From the IMG/VR virus record IMGVR_UViG_3300038365_000169: a DNA stretch of 61,199 bases. The stretch is one strand, 5' to 3'. The stretch's first letter is position 1. The number at the start of each line of letters is the position of its first letter. The DNA comes from an uncultured virus (IMG/VR IMGVR_UViG_3300038365_000169) (lineage: Duplodnaviria; Heunggongvirae; Uroviricota; Caudoviricetes). The position numbers and the translations under genes were made by a program. Shown in pieces: positions 38,114 to 49,034 of the stretch. The notes under the pieces were generated by a model, which was given only the letters and a program-made list of their open reading frames with translations, made no database searches and was not told where the DNA came from.

Positions 38114-40066
38114 CTACCTGGCTGCATTAATATATTTCTCGCTTTTGTCGGGATTTGTGCATCTATATACCTCATAGATGCGGTTTTCATCCTGGGGTCC
38201 GTCATTCCTTAAATAGGGGAAATAATCCTCATATGATGCTTGGTAAAAGTCTGCAATGCTGCCGGGAAACCTTCTTTGTACAGCCTCGATGCCGGTGTAT
38301 ATCTTGATATGACCCCTACCCTGAGTGATTAAAACATCACCAGGCATGAGCATGACCTGACCCCATACTCCTATGTAGTCCCACTTGTTGGAACGTGTGA
38401 GATAGTTGTACTGGGTTGCTGTGTTGCCGGCGGGAAATGTGTCGTCAGCTCCAGCCCATCTTACTGCCGTTGCTACCGCTCTGTCACATGATGCGTACGT
38501 GTTGTCTCCAACAAATATGTTGTCATGAACCAACTGGTAGGTGGCGAGCTGTGGTTTGTTGCAGTTGGGTGAATGGCCATGAGCGTCAAATGATATTTTG
38601 ACCTCCCCGCTGGCAAGTGATACCGCAGCATCAGCTATGGATGCGTTTCCACCGGTGAATATGGTCTTTAAACCCTCGCATTCGTCCTTTAAAAAACCGC
38701 CCAGTGACTGTATGTCCAATGGCTGCCCTATGAACCTGTTGTAGTACTCCCTGGCACGCTGTAGATGCCTGGTATGGCTGTCCATATACCTGTTTTGGGT
38801 TGGGTCCGTGGTGTTGTACCTCCAGGCTGGCATGCCAATTCCTGCTGTTACCCTCCGGCACCATTCCTCAGCAGTTCTGTTGTCCTTTACTGGGTCTGCA
38901 TTGTCGTAGTCCCAAGCACCTTGATGGCTGAACCTTTCCATGATCCACTCCATTTGTGCCTCTGGATCCTGCCAGGACTTGCCCCTTTCCTCGCAGAAAA
39001 GTATCATCCTCGTGGCGTTATCTACCGCTTTATAGGGTGTTTCCACCCACTCTCCGTTGTCCTCACCGGTGTCTGGGTCCACATCAGGTACCCAGACCCA
39101 CTTCCAATGCCATACATCGCTGTCCTGCAGTAACCCCATGCCTATTGCGGCATATACCTTGTCGTCATGGCCGTTTCTGTGGTACTGTGCATGTGCTTGC
39201 TCCAACCCCACCGTGTCCAGCCAGTTTAACCACTCCATATTGCTGAGTGTTTTGTCATATGTTTCGCCACCAGGTCCGTTATGCATCCAGTAGCTCTCAT
39301 ATGTAAATGTGCCCATGCCAAACCCCTCCTGAATGATGTATGAGAGGGCTCCTATGACGGCATTGCTCTTCCATTTGGCTTGGTCTGCATAGTATATGAA
39401 CACCTGTGCTGCATAGTCAGGAGTGGCCATCTGCTCCAGAGTGGCGTCATCCAGAGGCTTTAATGCCTCTCCAGATGAATATATGTCCGTTTCACCGCAT
39501 AAAGCAAAGGGTGTATGGCCAAGAGAATTTAAGCATCCTGCTACATATACGCCAAGAACAATCAGGGCAACAATTAACAGTGGTATTGCCACCATCAATA
39601 GGGCCGCAATGGGGTTCTTTACCGCAAAACCTATTGCTTTGCCCAAAGCGCTTCCACGTGCATGGTCGCTAACATTTAGCATGGTTTGGCCTAACCTGCC
39701 GTATTCCTTGGCCTTTCCGTTCTTGTCACGTTTGATGTTTCCACGGAGGTCTCGCTTGAAATAGTCCAACTTTTGCTGGTTTTCGTCAACCTCCTGCTTG
39801 CCGATGTAGTAGCCGTAGTAACGGTTTACAGCATCTGGATGCACATATGGGTTTACAGCGTCAGATTCGGGTATGCCGAATAACCTGTAGTCCTCAGCTC
39901 TGTTGAATGAGTTTAGCCTGCGCTGGTACAGAAATTCGTATATATCACGTTCATGCTGAAAGCTGTTTATTCTGTTCCGAAGGTTGTTAACCGCCTTCCA
40001 GTCCCTATGGCTGAACCTATCCTCATCATAGTTCTTAAAATAGTCACCAATGTAGATTTCAGCCAC
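38114..40066 (-). CDS. Conjugative cell-wall hydrolase (lysozyme-like plus Cys/His amidase domain)
   Basis: TM; NAVIGAL..IIQE...GMGLLQ...WQDPEAQ; SCDRAVA...PGDVL...GHIKIY. Confidence 0.7.
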   Translation of the reverse strand: MAEIYIGDYFKNYDEDRFSHRDWKAVNNLRNRINSFQHERDIYEFLYQRRLNSFNRAEDYRLFGIPESDAVNPYVHPDAVNRYYGYYIGKQEVDENQQKLDYFKRDLRGNIKRDKNGKAKEYGRLGQTMLNVSDHARGSALGKAIGFAVKNPIAALLMVAIPLLIVALIVLGVYVAGCLNSLGHTPFALCGETDIYSSGEALKPLDDATLEQMATPDYAAQVFIYYADQAKWKSNAVIGALSYIIQEGFGMGTFTYESYWMHNGPGGETYDKTLSNMEWLNWLDTVGLEQAHAQYHRNGHDDKVYAAIGMGLLQDSDVWHWKWVWVPDVDPDTGEDNGEWVETPYKAVDNATRMILFCEERGKSWQDPEAQMEWIMERFSHQGAWDYDNADPVKDNRTAEEWCRRVTAGIGMPAWRYNTTDPTQNRYMDSHTRHLQRAREYYNRFIGQPLDIQSLGGFLKDECEGLKTIFTGGNASIADAAVSLASGEVKISFDAHGHSPNCNKPQLATYQLVHDNIFVGDNTYASCDRAVATAVRWAGADDTFPAGNTATQYNYLTRSNKWDYIGVWGQVMLMPGDVLITQGRGHIKIYTGIEAVQRRFPGSIADFYQASYEDYFPYLRNDGPQDENRIYEVYRCTNPDKSEKYINAAR

Positions 40067-40087
40067 AGATTCACCTCCCTATTCCTA

Positions 40088-41071
40088 TTAAAGCACCCCT
40101 TTGATGATCCAGCTGTTCCCGCTCTTCTCTATGAGCAGGTACTTGTCGGTGGTGTATGTCATTCCACCGCTTGTTTTGACATTTATGGTGGCTTTTGCGT
40201 TGTATCCGTTCTGGTTTGTTTCGTTGTACATGGCAAAATCTATCATGTTGATGTAGGAAAGGTTTCCTGGGTCAAGTGCCTCCCCGTCATAGTATGGGCT
40301 GACATTCTTGCCGGTGTATAAAAATGTGAAAAAGTTGTCCACAAATGTTTTGCACTTGGACATGTCAGCTTCGTTTATCTTTGATGCTGTCTCTGACCAA
40401 ACGAACATCGGATTCTCCACTATCTCCAGATTTCCGTCCACAGACTTGGATGGTGTGAAAATTACGCTTCCTGCCATGGTGTACTCCCAGTCAGCTCCGC
40501 TCCAATGAAGTGGTATCATGCAGTCCACACGGTCAGAACCCTTGTTGGTTTCCACCGTTATGTAAAAATACACATTTGCGATGGCGTTGCTTTTGGTGGA
40601 TATCTTGGTTAAAACAGGATTTTCGACCACAATTTCGTTTACCCCTGATGATGCAACCAACTTGGATGAAATCAATGCAGGCATGTTGGTGGTTAAATAG
40701 CCCTGAACACCGTCAATGGGAAAGTTTGTCCTGTTGTTATAACGGTTCGCTATGAATGCAATCTCCTCATAGGTGAGCTCATGCTTTAAAAAGGTGTTAT
40801 AAACTCCAAATAGCAGCAAAGATGCGATTAAAAGAACTAAGGACCAGAACGCCATGTTCTTCTTGAACCTTAGCTGTTTGTACCTCTTGGCCGCTGCAAC
40901 CATCTGTTCCTCGCTCATGCTGGCATCTATGGCAGAGTCAGCCATGTCCTGAATGAAGTCCTCATGGAGGCGATCTCTGGCTCTTTCAATTTCGTTTCTG
41001 CGCTGAATCACCAGCCGCTGGCCGTCCTCCTCCTCGCGCTTAGCGCTCTTTTCGCCCAATTTTAAGGCCAT
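40088..41071 (-). CDS. TcpC/VirB8-like transfer protein
   Basis: Single TM; TFVDNFFTFLY; C-terminal LLIEKSGNSWII. Confidence 0.6.
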   Translation of the reverse strand: MALKLGEKSAKREEEDGQRLVIQRRNEIERARDRLHEDFIQDMADSAIDASMSEEQMVAAAKRYKQLRFKKNMAFWSLVLLIASLLLFGVYNTFLKHELTYEEIAFIANRYNNRTNFPIDGVQGYLTTNMPALISSKLVASSGVNEIVVENPVLTKISTKSNAIANVYFYITVETNKGSDRVDCMIPLHWSGADWEYTMAGSVIFTPSKSVDGNLEIVENPMFVWSETASKINEADMSKCKTFVDNFFTFLYTGKNVSPYYDGEALDPGNLSYINMIDFAMYNETNQNGYNAKATINVKTSGGMTYTTDKYLLIEKSGNSWIIKGVL

Positions 41072-41107
41072 ACCTTGGATCCCTCCCTTATTCCTTATTT
41101 TGACATT

Positions 41108-42241
41108 TTATTGTATTTTCTTTCTCTTCCTGAGCAAGGGGTTGCTGGTCACGTCTGACCCAAACAGGGAGGTTACCCTGAAGAATCCGGACCTTTGATT
41201 GCTGTCAATGTAGAAGCATTCACCCTGAATGGGGTTCCCTTGCTCGTTTAACTTGCCGCCAAACTGTGTGATGCTGTTTACTATGCTTCTTATGTCCGCA
41301 CTGCCGTCTGAGTCGCTGCTGTAAAACATCCTTAGAAACTCCTCTGCATCGTTCTTTGAGCTCTTGAAGCAGAACTTGCTGCTGACAAACTGCGCTATTG
41401 TGGGCGGGTAGTGGTGAACACTCTGTGATGCAAGAAGGGTTGGTACGTTCAGTGAACGGCCAAGTACCATAAATTCGTCAATTACCTGCGAAAAGTCTGG
41501 ATTCTGGAATGCTATATGCGCTTCGTCCATTACGAACAATGTGGGATAACCATGATCCTTTAAAAGCTCCCTTAGCATCTTGCACACTATAAAAACAATG
41601 CCAGAGTTGAACATCTGCTCCTCCGTTAGCTTTTTGGCATTCTTGGGCAGGTCCATCCCGTGCAGGCTGATGATCTTGCTCTTCTGGGTGAACACCGTTG
41701 GGCTGACATACTCGTCGTCATCAAATATGAGGCTGCCGTACTCACTGTCACGGTGTATGGAAAGCTTGGTGCCAATGGCTTGTGCGTCAAGATTGTCATT
41801 TGCGTACAAATAATCCGTTAGGGCTGCAAATGAGGTTGGAGCCTTGCTGCGTCGATGACGTATTACAAAGTCATTTATGATGGGGGTGATGCTTACCTTC
41901 TGCTGGTCCGTCAACCCACCGCATATGATGCTTACCACAGATGTGATGACATTGGTGTCCACCACCTTTAGCACCCTGAATGGGTTTAAAGACCCCGGAA
42001 GAATGTTGTTAATGTCTATATACTCAATTTTGTCCGGATATATCTCCGCCAGTATGCCAAGATCGTCCTTTGGGTCTATGGCATAGATTCTTTGCTCCAT
42101 CATGAGTGCGTTGGCGCATATGTTTAGGACAAAAAATGTCTTGCCTGCACCGGGTTGGCCGATTATGATCGTGGTGGCAGCCTTGTTCTCAAAAATGGCT
42201 GTAAATGGGCTGTACTGTATGCTGGTCGCCATGGCAACCAC
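41108..42241 (-). CDS. VirB4/TcpF-like ATPase domain (C-terminal part; start probably 42232)
   Basis: GQPGAGKT, IDPKDD, LNPF, FVMDEAH, GRSLNV..LLASQ. Confidence 0.82.
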   Translation of the reverse strand: MVAMATSIQYSPFTAIFENKAATTIIIGQPGAGKTFFVLNICANALMMEQRIYAIDPKDDLGILAEIYPDKIEYIDINNILPGSLNPFRVLKVVDTNVITSVVSIICGGLTDQQKVSITPIINDFVIRHRRSKAPTSFAALTDYLYANDNLDAQAIGTKLSIHRDSEYGSLIFDDDEYVSPTVFTQKSKIISLHGMDLPKNAKKLTEEQMFNSGIVFIVCKMLRELLKDHGYPTLFVMDEAHIAFQNPDFSQVIDEFMVLGRSLNVPTLLASQSVHHYPPTIAQFVSSKFCFKSSKNDAEEFLRMFYSSDSDGSADIRSIVNSITQFGGKLNEQGNPIQGECFYIDSNQRSGFFRVTSLFGSDVTSNPLLRKRKKIQ

Positions 42242-42287
42242 CTCCTTTCATGCTTTCCTCTTTAGGCCCTGCCGATGGACTAATTCT

Positions 42288-43586
42288 CTACCCAATGCCA
42301 ACAACCATCGATCCATACTTTGAGTCCGCATCTCCAACGTTAACCCCATCGTCAAGCTGGAAGGAAAGGGCGTACTGCAGGTCCATTACATGAAAATATT
42401 CGGATGGTCGGTTCTTTACAAATGAGTTCACATATGTCTTCGCTTGGTTGCCAGCTATGGAGCATACAACATTTAGGTCCGAAAGAACTGATATCGTGTG
42501 CTTCTTTTTGACGTCTAGGTCCTCCTTGGAGTTTGCTATTACCAAGATGTTGGCATCCACCTGTGTCATGATGCGCCCCTGTCTGATGCTGTGTAGGGCC
42601 CTGTCAACTGACGTAGCGTCGTCACCGATGTCAGAGTCATTCGTCTTGGCGTCAGCCGCTTCGTCCTCCTCCTGATATACGTCAGCACGAAGTCTCTTGA
42701 ACTTCAGCATGGCCTTGTCCTTTGGTAGCAGGTGCATGTTTACATGAAGTCCAGGTGTGAATATGTTGAATGATTCGCTCATGATGGCGTCTGGAAACTG
42801 TAGCACCGATAGCACGCTGCCGTAGGTAACTCGAGGTTTGGCGCCGAATGATACAATTCCGCTGTTGGACATCTCAAACCACCCTAGATGTGGGACAAAC
42901 TCCTGCTGTATGCCGGAAAGAATTGGGGCAGCCTTGCTGGTTAAATACTCATTATAGACAATATTGTATGAGGGAAACAGGCTGTTCACATATATGTTCA
43001 TTACAAGCTTTGGGCTGGCAGGCACGGCATACCTTTGCAGGCTGTTTTTGAACCTGGTGTTCTGTATGTCCACAGCTTTTTCGTCAATGCTGGTTGCGGT
43101 CATGGAAAAGTTTTGCTGCACAAAATGGTCAATTTTGCTCTTTATTATGTTCAAGGCGCTCTGTGTCTCTATGTCAACACTGTCCTTAATGTCAATGTCA
43201 ATTGCAAGAATGGTGAAGTCCTTTGCAATGTTCTTTATGTACTTTCTGTACTCCTCTGGAAATGAGGTGTAGTCCTCACGATATATCTTTACCGTGTTAA
43301 CTATTTGCTGTATGGTTTCTTCCTTGCTTACCATACTTTTGAGCCTAAACATGCTCATTTTGATCTCCCCAACAGAGGAGTAAAGTGTGTTTATGGCGGT
43401 GTAAAGTCGGTTCACATGAAGCTCTGCTGATGATAGGTCCATAACCCCATAGTTGTATGGGAAAAGCACGTAGTATGCCGTGATGACACCGTTGTTGATG
43501 AACATGTTGTTAAAAACTGACAGCCTGTTGTCCAGGGTGTTTCTGTAGCCAATCATGGCACACCTCCTCCTATAGCCTCTCCACAA
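42288..43586 (-). CDS. VirB4/TcpF-like N-terminal part
   Basis: Lies between the TcpE-like gene and the ATPase; NNMFINNG.ITAYY start typical of Gram-positive VirB4 N-termini. Confidence 0.55.
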   Translation of the reverse strand: MWRGYRRRCAMIGYRNTLDNRLSVFNNMFINNGVITAYYVLFPYNYGVMDLSSAELHVNRLYTAINTLYSSVGEIKMSMFRLKSMVSKEETIQQIVNTVKIYREDYTSFPEEYRKYIKNIAKDFTILAIDIDIKDSVDIETQSALNIIKSKIDHFVQQNFSMTATSIDEKAVDIQNTRFKNSLQRYAVPASPKLVMNIYVNSLFPSYNIVYNEYLTSKAAPILSGIQQEFVPHLGWFEMSNSGIVSFGAKPRVTYGSVLSVLQFPDAIMSESFNIFTPGLHVNMHLLPKDKAMLKFKRLRADVYQEEDEAADAKTNDSDIGDDATSVDRALHSIRQGRIMTQVDANILVIANSKEDLDVKKKHTISVLSDLNVVCSIAGNQAKTYVNSFVKNRPSEYFHVMDLQYALSFQLDDGVNVGDADSKYGSMVVGIG

Positions 43587-44022
43587 AGGAGTTAATCTTG
43601 AAACCCTCTAATTTGACCACCTTACCGTGTTGGTTTAATGGTTTCTTGGGCTGAATGTATAGCTTGATGTAGTCTATTGCCCGATAGTTTTGTATCTTGT
43701 ATGAGTTAAGCCCGATGCCTATGGCAACGGGTAGTATCACAAAAACTAGATAGAAGTAGCCCACGGAGGAGCTGTTTGCCAGATTTAAGGGGCTGTACCA
43801 CATTTTACCCGTGATAAGACAGAAGAGGAGCCCCAGCACCGTAAATATGGCCAGGACCCCTCCAGATGTCTTTATCATACCCATCGAAAGACCCTGCTGC
43901 GAGATGGTGGTATTAAAGAGGGAGTAAACACGTTTTTCCCTTCTCTGGATTTTAGTGTAGTTATAAACGATCATACCCCATCCCCCGTCACTTAAGAATT
44001 TTCTCTGCGTCCCCCGCTCCAT
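43570..44022 (-). CDS. TcpE/VirB3-like membrane protein (start probably MIVYNY)
   Basis: YNYTKIQRREKRVYSL, 2 TM, YIQPK. Confidence 0.6.
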   Translation of the reverse strand: MERGTQRKFLSDGGWGMIVYNYTKIQRREKRVYSLFNTTISQQGLSMGMIKTSGGVLAIFTVLGLLFCLITGKMWYSPLNLANSSSVGYFYLVFVILPVAIGIGLNSYKIQNYRAIDYIKLYIQPKKPLNQHGKVVKLEGFKINSFVERL

Positions 44023-44281
44023 CCGTAATGATGGTGTCGGTCAGGTTTTTAAACAGATTTCCGTAAGCTTGGAAGGACCCAGCAGCGTACATGATGCCGA
44101 TGATGAATAGGAGGATTAAAACACCCCCGATCAACTTTTTGACCGAGCCCGTCTCGCTGCCTGAAAAGATCTTTACTGCTTGAACGACGCAAAAGATTAC
44201 CAGACAGATTCCCACCACTGGTGCCAAAAAATTGATCAAATTGGTGAGTATGTTGTTGGTGATAAAACCGGTTCCAGACAT
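43988..44281 (-). CDS. Small two-TM protein, VirB2/TcpD-like
   Basis: 97 aa, two hydrophobic helices, directly upstream of tcpE-like gene. Confidence 0.5.
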   Translation of the reverse strand: MSGTGFITNNILTNLINFLAPVVGICLVIFCVVQAVKIFSGSETGSVKKLIGGVLILLFIIGIMYAAGSFQAYGNLFKNLTDTIITDGAGDAEKILK

Positions 44282-44368
44282 AAGCTTCTCTTCCTTTCTT
44301 TACAATGTATGTTGCCAATTAACTAAAACTTGACTATTATATACATAATAGCCCTTTGCCTTCAGGCT

Positions 44369-46204
44369 CTAGCCTTTCACCTTTCTCTTGAGCCTATTGG
44401 CAACTTTGAGCACACCGGCCTTTCCTTGCTGATATATGCGGTTTAAACGTGCTGTGGTGCGTATGGGCTTTATGAGGTTTAGGTACACACCAGCAACAAG
44501 CCATACTATGTTGGCAAGTGCGTTGTCACCTGCAAGATTTCTGTATAAAACAATGGCTAGAAATGCTACTATGCTCCACCATAAATAGTCATAAATTGGT
44601 ACTAAAACCTTCTTAAGGTTGCTTAAAGCGTCATACCTGTTTGGCATGACAAAGTTAAATGCGCTTCTATATACGAGAATTACGCCCATCATGACCATCT
44701 TGATGGAAACAACCGTTTTTCTGAGGCCAAGTACCAGTATGGGTAGCATTAAAAGTGTAAGAACAAGGCTTTGCAGCCCGGCATCTACAAAGTTCTGCTC
44801 GTACAGCCTGGAGGCGGAATAGTTCATTCGAACCTTCTCTGGGCTTCTGTACTCTGGAGATATGTTTAGATATGCGTCCAACCATCTGAAGTTGTCCACA
44901 TACATCTGCTTGTTGTTTGGTGTTAGCTCAGCACGTGGCCATGCTGATGGAGGAATGCGGTCGTAGTCTAGCACCGTTGACTCTATGTGGTAAAGGCTCT
45001 GGCAGGACCAGGCTAGTGCTGCCCAGTTTCTTACCTCCTTTACCCCCAGTGGAACCATAACATCTCCTGTAATCTTCACGCTGTTGTACTTTAATGATTC
45101 GTCTCCCCATGCTGTTAATACGTCATCATTGGACTGTGGCATCGCCATTTGGTCGCTTTGAAGTGAGGCATGCTGTGTGTAGAGATGTTGGTACTTGTCA
45201 CCAAACATGCCGTTGCACCATGGTTCAAATACGGATACACGCCATAGAACGGCCTCTCTGACATTTTTGGTGGTGGAGCTCACAACCACCTCATCTGCAT
45301 TTAGCTGAAGGGCCTCGTCAAATACGTCATCCACTATCGTTACTGCATCCAACAGTAGGTTCCCAAGCGACATGGGTGCCGCTACAAATGAGAATATCAG
45401 CCCAAGTGATATGACCCCGCTGGCCAGATGGGCAAGAAATTTTCTTAGAGCCATGTCACCCTTCACCAGCTTGACCGCTGACTTTACCACCCCAAAAAGA
45501 GCTATTGCTACCAATAGCGGTAGAAAAACCATTGCTAATGCTGAAACTATGTCCGCCAGACCGGCGTCCATCACCTTTACCATTACCTCATTTATTAGCT
45601 TGTATAGACCGTTGCTGGCAAAAAACGATACAAAAGAGGTGCTAAACTTTGATACGCCCAAATAGAAGTTGCCAACCGCAGCGTCCCCTCCGGTGGTGCT
45701 GATGCCGCTGTATGCAAATACTCGTGGGTCCCTAAATCCGCTGTCTATCTCCTCTGAGGATAATATGTTGGGACGGCCGGTGTAAATTACGTTGTTTGAC
45801 ACGGCAGGCTGCTGAAAGAAAAGCTTTATGTCATCCAACGTGAGCTTGAATTCGCTCTCGTTCTCCATAAACTTGGTGTAGAATCGGTCAAAAATCCCGG
45901 TTTCTATCCGGGTCTCCCCAAGGTATGGAACGAACCTGATGTCACCGCCAAACCTGTCATATAGGCTGTAGTCCACCGACGTTCCGTCAAATATTTCGCC
46001 ATTTATGCGCTCCCGTTCCTTGCGGTCCTCGCTGGTGTCTAAAGCGGTAGAGCCGTCCGTTAACCTGATGTCAAATACCTTGTTGAAATAGTCACCTATG
46101 ATGGAATGCGTGTTTTGATCGTCAGCGCTGGCAAACATTGGGGTGAATCCAACAACTATAGCCAGTATTGCTAATGATAATGCAAACTTCTTGATCTTTG
46201 TCAT
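44369..46204 (-). CDS. VirB6-like polytopic membrane protein
   Basis: Signal peptide, TM cluster, LW..S.FEPWC..MFG, C-terminal TMs. Confidence 0.55.
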   Translation of the reverse strand: MTKIKKFALSLAILAIVVGFTPMFASADDQNTHSIIGDYFNKVFDIRLTDGSTALDTSEDRKERERINGEIFDGTSVDYSLYDRFGGDIRFVPYLGETRIETGIFDRFYTKFMENESEFKLTLDDIKLFFQQPAVSNNVIYTGRPNILSSEEIDSGFRDPRVFAYSGISTTGGDAAVGNFYLGVSKFSTSFVSFFASNGLYKLINEVMVKVMDAGLADIVSALAMVFLPLLVAIALFGVVKSAVKLVKGDMALRKFLAHLASGVISLGLIFSFVAAPMSLGNLLLDAVTIVDDVFDEALQLNADEVVVSSTTKNVREAVLWRVSVFEPWCNGMFGDKYQHLYTQHASLQSDQMAMPQSNDDVLTAWGDESLKYNSVKITGDVMVPLGVKEVRNWAALAWSCQSLYHIESTVLDYDRIPPSAWPRAELTPNNKQMYVDNFRWLDAYLNISPEYRSPEKVRMNYSASRLYEQNFVDAGLQSLVLTLLMLPILVLGLRKTVVSIKMVMMGVILVYRSAFNFVMPNRYDALSNLKKVLVPIYDYLWWSIVAFLAIVLYRNLAGDNALANIVWLVAGVYLNLIKPIRTTARLNRIYQQGKAGVLKVANRLKRKVKG

Positions 46205-48645
46205 TGTAACCCACCTCCATTCTCATCTCCCTGCTCTGATTTCTCTTGCTGCGCCTCTTCGTTGTCAGCTACTTCCTCCTCCCCATCCTCAGCCTCATGC
46301 TGGTCGTTGCTTTCACCCTCCAAATCGTCATCATCGTTTTGGCCATCGTTCTCCTCAGGTTTTTCCCCATCGCCATCATTTTCTTGACCCTCAGGATCCT
46401 CCGCATGCTGACGTATTCCCGTTGGTGCTGTTACCCGAGCAGCAAGCTGCCTGAGAAGCATGACGGGCTTTCTGAAGATCTTTGGTGAAAATGGTCCGTT
46501 GGAAGCAACGGCAGTTTTTAGCACCTGCCAGGCTAAGAATGCGTAAAGTGCCACCATTATCAAGCATAATGGCCCGTCCACGAGCAATGAGGTCCATACG
46601 GCTAACGTTACAGCTATGTTTGCAACTGCAACATTTACCATCGAGGCAAATAGCCCCTTAACGTGCTTTGCAACATGCTTGCCGTCATTTACGGTCAAGG
46701 CCATGTTAACCACTAAAAATGCAAGGTTGAAAACAAACTCTAAGAAGAGCAACATCTTGACCAATAGGAAGATAAGTATCAATAGCTGCATGGGCAGGGC
46801 CGCCCAATGTATGCTGCTCTGTATGTCCCCAGTGTAGTTTTCGTTCACAGATACGTTAAAGTCCACCTGCTGTAGGTCCACCAGCTCCACTCGTGGTGCC
46901 ATAAAGTGGTCCACCATGCGGTAAACATTTCCGGAGTAGGACTCTGGTTTGGTGACCATGTCAGCTAAAACAGTGCTCCATAGATTTTGGTCCATTCCGG
47001 CTATTTGTGGAACCTCTAAACCGTCCATTTCAGGCCCCACTGATTGGTCAATTTGCTGCGTTGCGTCTAAAATGGTGTGGTTGGTCTGATAAACGGTCCA
47101 TACGTTAAAGTATGGTAGCCATAGGTTGACGTCCTCCTTCTGAGCCTCATCTGACGTTCCGTAGAGCTCTTGAATCTGAGGGGTGGAGTTGAAGGATACG
47201 TTTCCCATGTTGAATATGAAGCTGGATGCGCCCTTTATTTGGTTGTACGTCCTGTCAGGTTCCATGCCCACGGACCATACAAATCCGACCAGTACAAAGG
47301 TGCATATAATTTTGAGAAAAATTCTGAATGGTGATGCTTCACCATGTATGATCTTTACCGCTGACCTTACCGCTAGAAATATGAAGGCAAGAAGCATTAA
47401 AAATAGGAGGAAATGGACTATGCCGCTGTCCCATAGCTGCATGGGGTCAAGGCCTATCCCCTCCATAAAGCTTAAGTTGCTTATTCTGTTTATGTTGACA
47501 CTAGCCTTTGATAGTGAGCTGGAAGCACCTAATGCCCAGTTGCTGACGCTGTTTTTGACAATGTTTCCGTACCCCGTGGACATCAGATTCTCCTGAATCT
47601 GGGCCCGATGGTCAATAACACCGTTAAAATTTAATGCGTCCTTGGAGTTCATCCTGGTTAGGTCGTAGGGCATGATGCGCTGATACCTGTGTACCTCCTC
47701 TACACCGGAGGATAGAAGAATTCCCTCCGCCACACCGCCGTAGTAGCGGCCACAGATTTCCTCGAGCTCCTGGCATATGTAGTCCGCTGATAGACCGGGT
47801 TTTGCCAAGCCTTGGTCAAAAATGATGTTTTTGGCGATCCACTGCTTTCCGTCCTTCATGCCGTCCTCGTCAGCTATGGCCAGTAAAATTTGGTTCTCCT
47901 TTATGTTGCCCACAGCCTTGTACCAGTTCTCTCGAACCCAGTTATAAAAGGTGGCACCGGCTGTGTTATAGTCCCTGGGCATCTGATATATCAATGAGTC
48001 CAAATCTTTGTCCGTGGGTAGGCTTATAACATCACCTGTCCATATAAAATTCCAAACCCTGCCAAAGCCGTCAAATACGTTGTCTGGGGTTAGAACTCCC
48101 AGTATGGAGATGGTGATCAATGGCCTTTCACCCATGTATGTGGGTGATGGTATGTCAAAACCGTAACGCTCTAGAGCGTTGGGTGCGGTCTCCCAGCCCT
48201 CTACTTCTATTCCGGCATTGTTTCCGTATCCTGAAACCATTACGTTGGTGTAGAGCATGTTGTAGAAGGTCATCTGAAGGTTGGGAACATTCCACCAGTA
48301 GGTGTAGTTGTCACCCCTGCTTTCTATTATGACAAAGGTTTCGACGTCAGTAATCCACTGCCATGCGTTTGGAATGTCGGAAACATTTAACGAGAAAATC
48401 TCCTCAATCTCGTCATCGCTGAGATTGCTGTGGTACTCTGAATCACTGCTGGCATATGCCGAAAACCAGGGTGCATTGGTTATGACGATGCACATCATGA
48501 TGCAGAGCAACCATCTAGTTGCCGCCCTTGCCTTCTGCATCTGGTGCTCCTTCCTCAACATTGGTGTCTCCCTGCCCCTCACCATCTGGTTTGCCGGAAG
48601 GTCCCCATTCCCCCTTCCATTCCTCAAACTTGGAGTCATCATCAA
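46201..48645 (-). CDS. VirB6-like polytopic membrane protein with acidic tail (true start likely downstream of 48645)
   Basis: Signal-like segment, multiple TMs, D/E-rich C-terminus. Confidence 0.55.
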   Translation of the reverse strand: MMMTPSLRNGRGNGDLPANQMVRGRETPMLRKEHQMQKARAATRWLLCIMMCIVITNAPWFSAYASSDSEYHSNLSDDEIEEIFSLNVSDIPNAWQWITDVETFVIIESRGDNYTYWWNVPNLQMTFYNMLYTNVMVSGYGNNAGIEVEGWETAPNALERYGFDIPSPTYMGERPLITISILGVLTPDNVFDGFGRVWNFIWTGDVISLPTDKDLDSLIYQMPRDYNTAGATFYNWVRENWYKAVGNIKENQILLAIADEDGMKDGKQWIAKNIIFDQGLAKPGLSADYICQELEEICGRYYGGVAEGILLSSGVEEVHRYQRIMPYDLTRMNSKDALNFNGVIDHRAQIQENLMSTGYGNIVKNSVSNWALGASSSLSKASVNINRISNLSFMEGIGLDPMQLWDSGIVHFLLFLMLLAFIFLAVRSAVKIIHGEASPFRIFLKIICTFVLVGFVWSVGMEPDRTYNQIKGASSFIFNMGNVSFNSTPQIQELYGTSDEAQKEDVNLWLPYFNVWTVYQTNHTILDATQQIDQSVGPEMDGLEVPQIAGMDQNLWSTVLADMVTKPESYSGNVYRMVDHFMAPRVELVDLQQVDFNVSVNENYTGDIQSSIHWAALPMQLLILIFLLVKMLLFLEFVFNLAFLVVNMALTVNDGKHVAKHVKGLFASMVNVAVANIAVTLAVWTSLLVDGPLCLIMVALYAFLAWQVLKTAVASNGPFSPKIFRKPVMLLRQLAARVTAPTGIRQHAEDPEGQENDGDGEKPEENDGQNDDDDLEGESNDQHEAEDGEEEVADNEEAQQEKSEQGDENGGGLQ

Positions 48646-49000
48646 TTATGTCCTTGTGCTCGTCCAAAGCGCCCTCCTCTGGAACGTCAGCATCCTTAAA
48701 ATAGACGCCGTCATCGGTAAACTTGAAGGGGCTGGTCCCGTCCAAGAATGAGTTTAAAAAGCCGGATATGTTATGCCCTATGTCCAATGCGTACTCCACC
48801 AGGGTCTGTCCCGTTTTTACCTGGTTAATACCTCCGGAGAGCAAAAACATTGTTAAGGAGGCCAATATAATCAAACCAATGATACGCAGCACTCCAAACA
48901 CAAATGCACGCTTTATCGGCAAAAATATCAGGCTCCATGTATAGCGCCCAAAGCCAGAACCGCGTCTAACCTTTCTCGGCTCTCTTTCCTCCTTAGCCAC
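48515..49000 (-). CDS. Membrane protein
   Basis: TM segment and acidic tail; AAGGAG RBS. Confidence 0.6.
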   Translation of the reverse strand: MAKEEREPRKVRRGSGFGRYTWSLIFLPIKRAFVFGVLRIIGLIILASLTMFLLSGGINQVKTGQTLVEYALDIGHNISGFLNSFLDGTSPFKFTDDGVYFKDADVPEEGALDEHKDIIDDDSKFEEWKGEWGPSGKPDGEGQGDTNVEEGAPDAEGKGGN

Positions 49001-49034
49001 TTTTTACCACTCCTTTCCATCCATTTTTATATGA

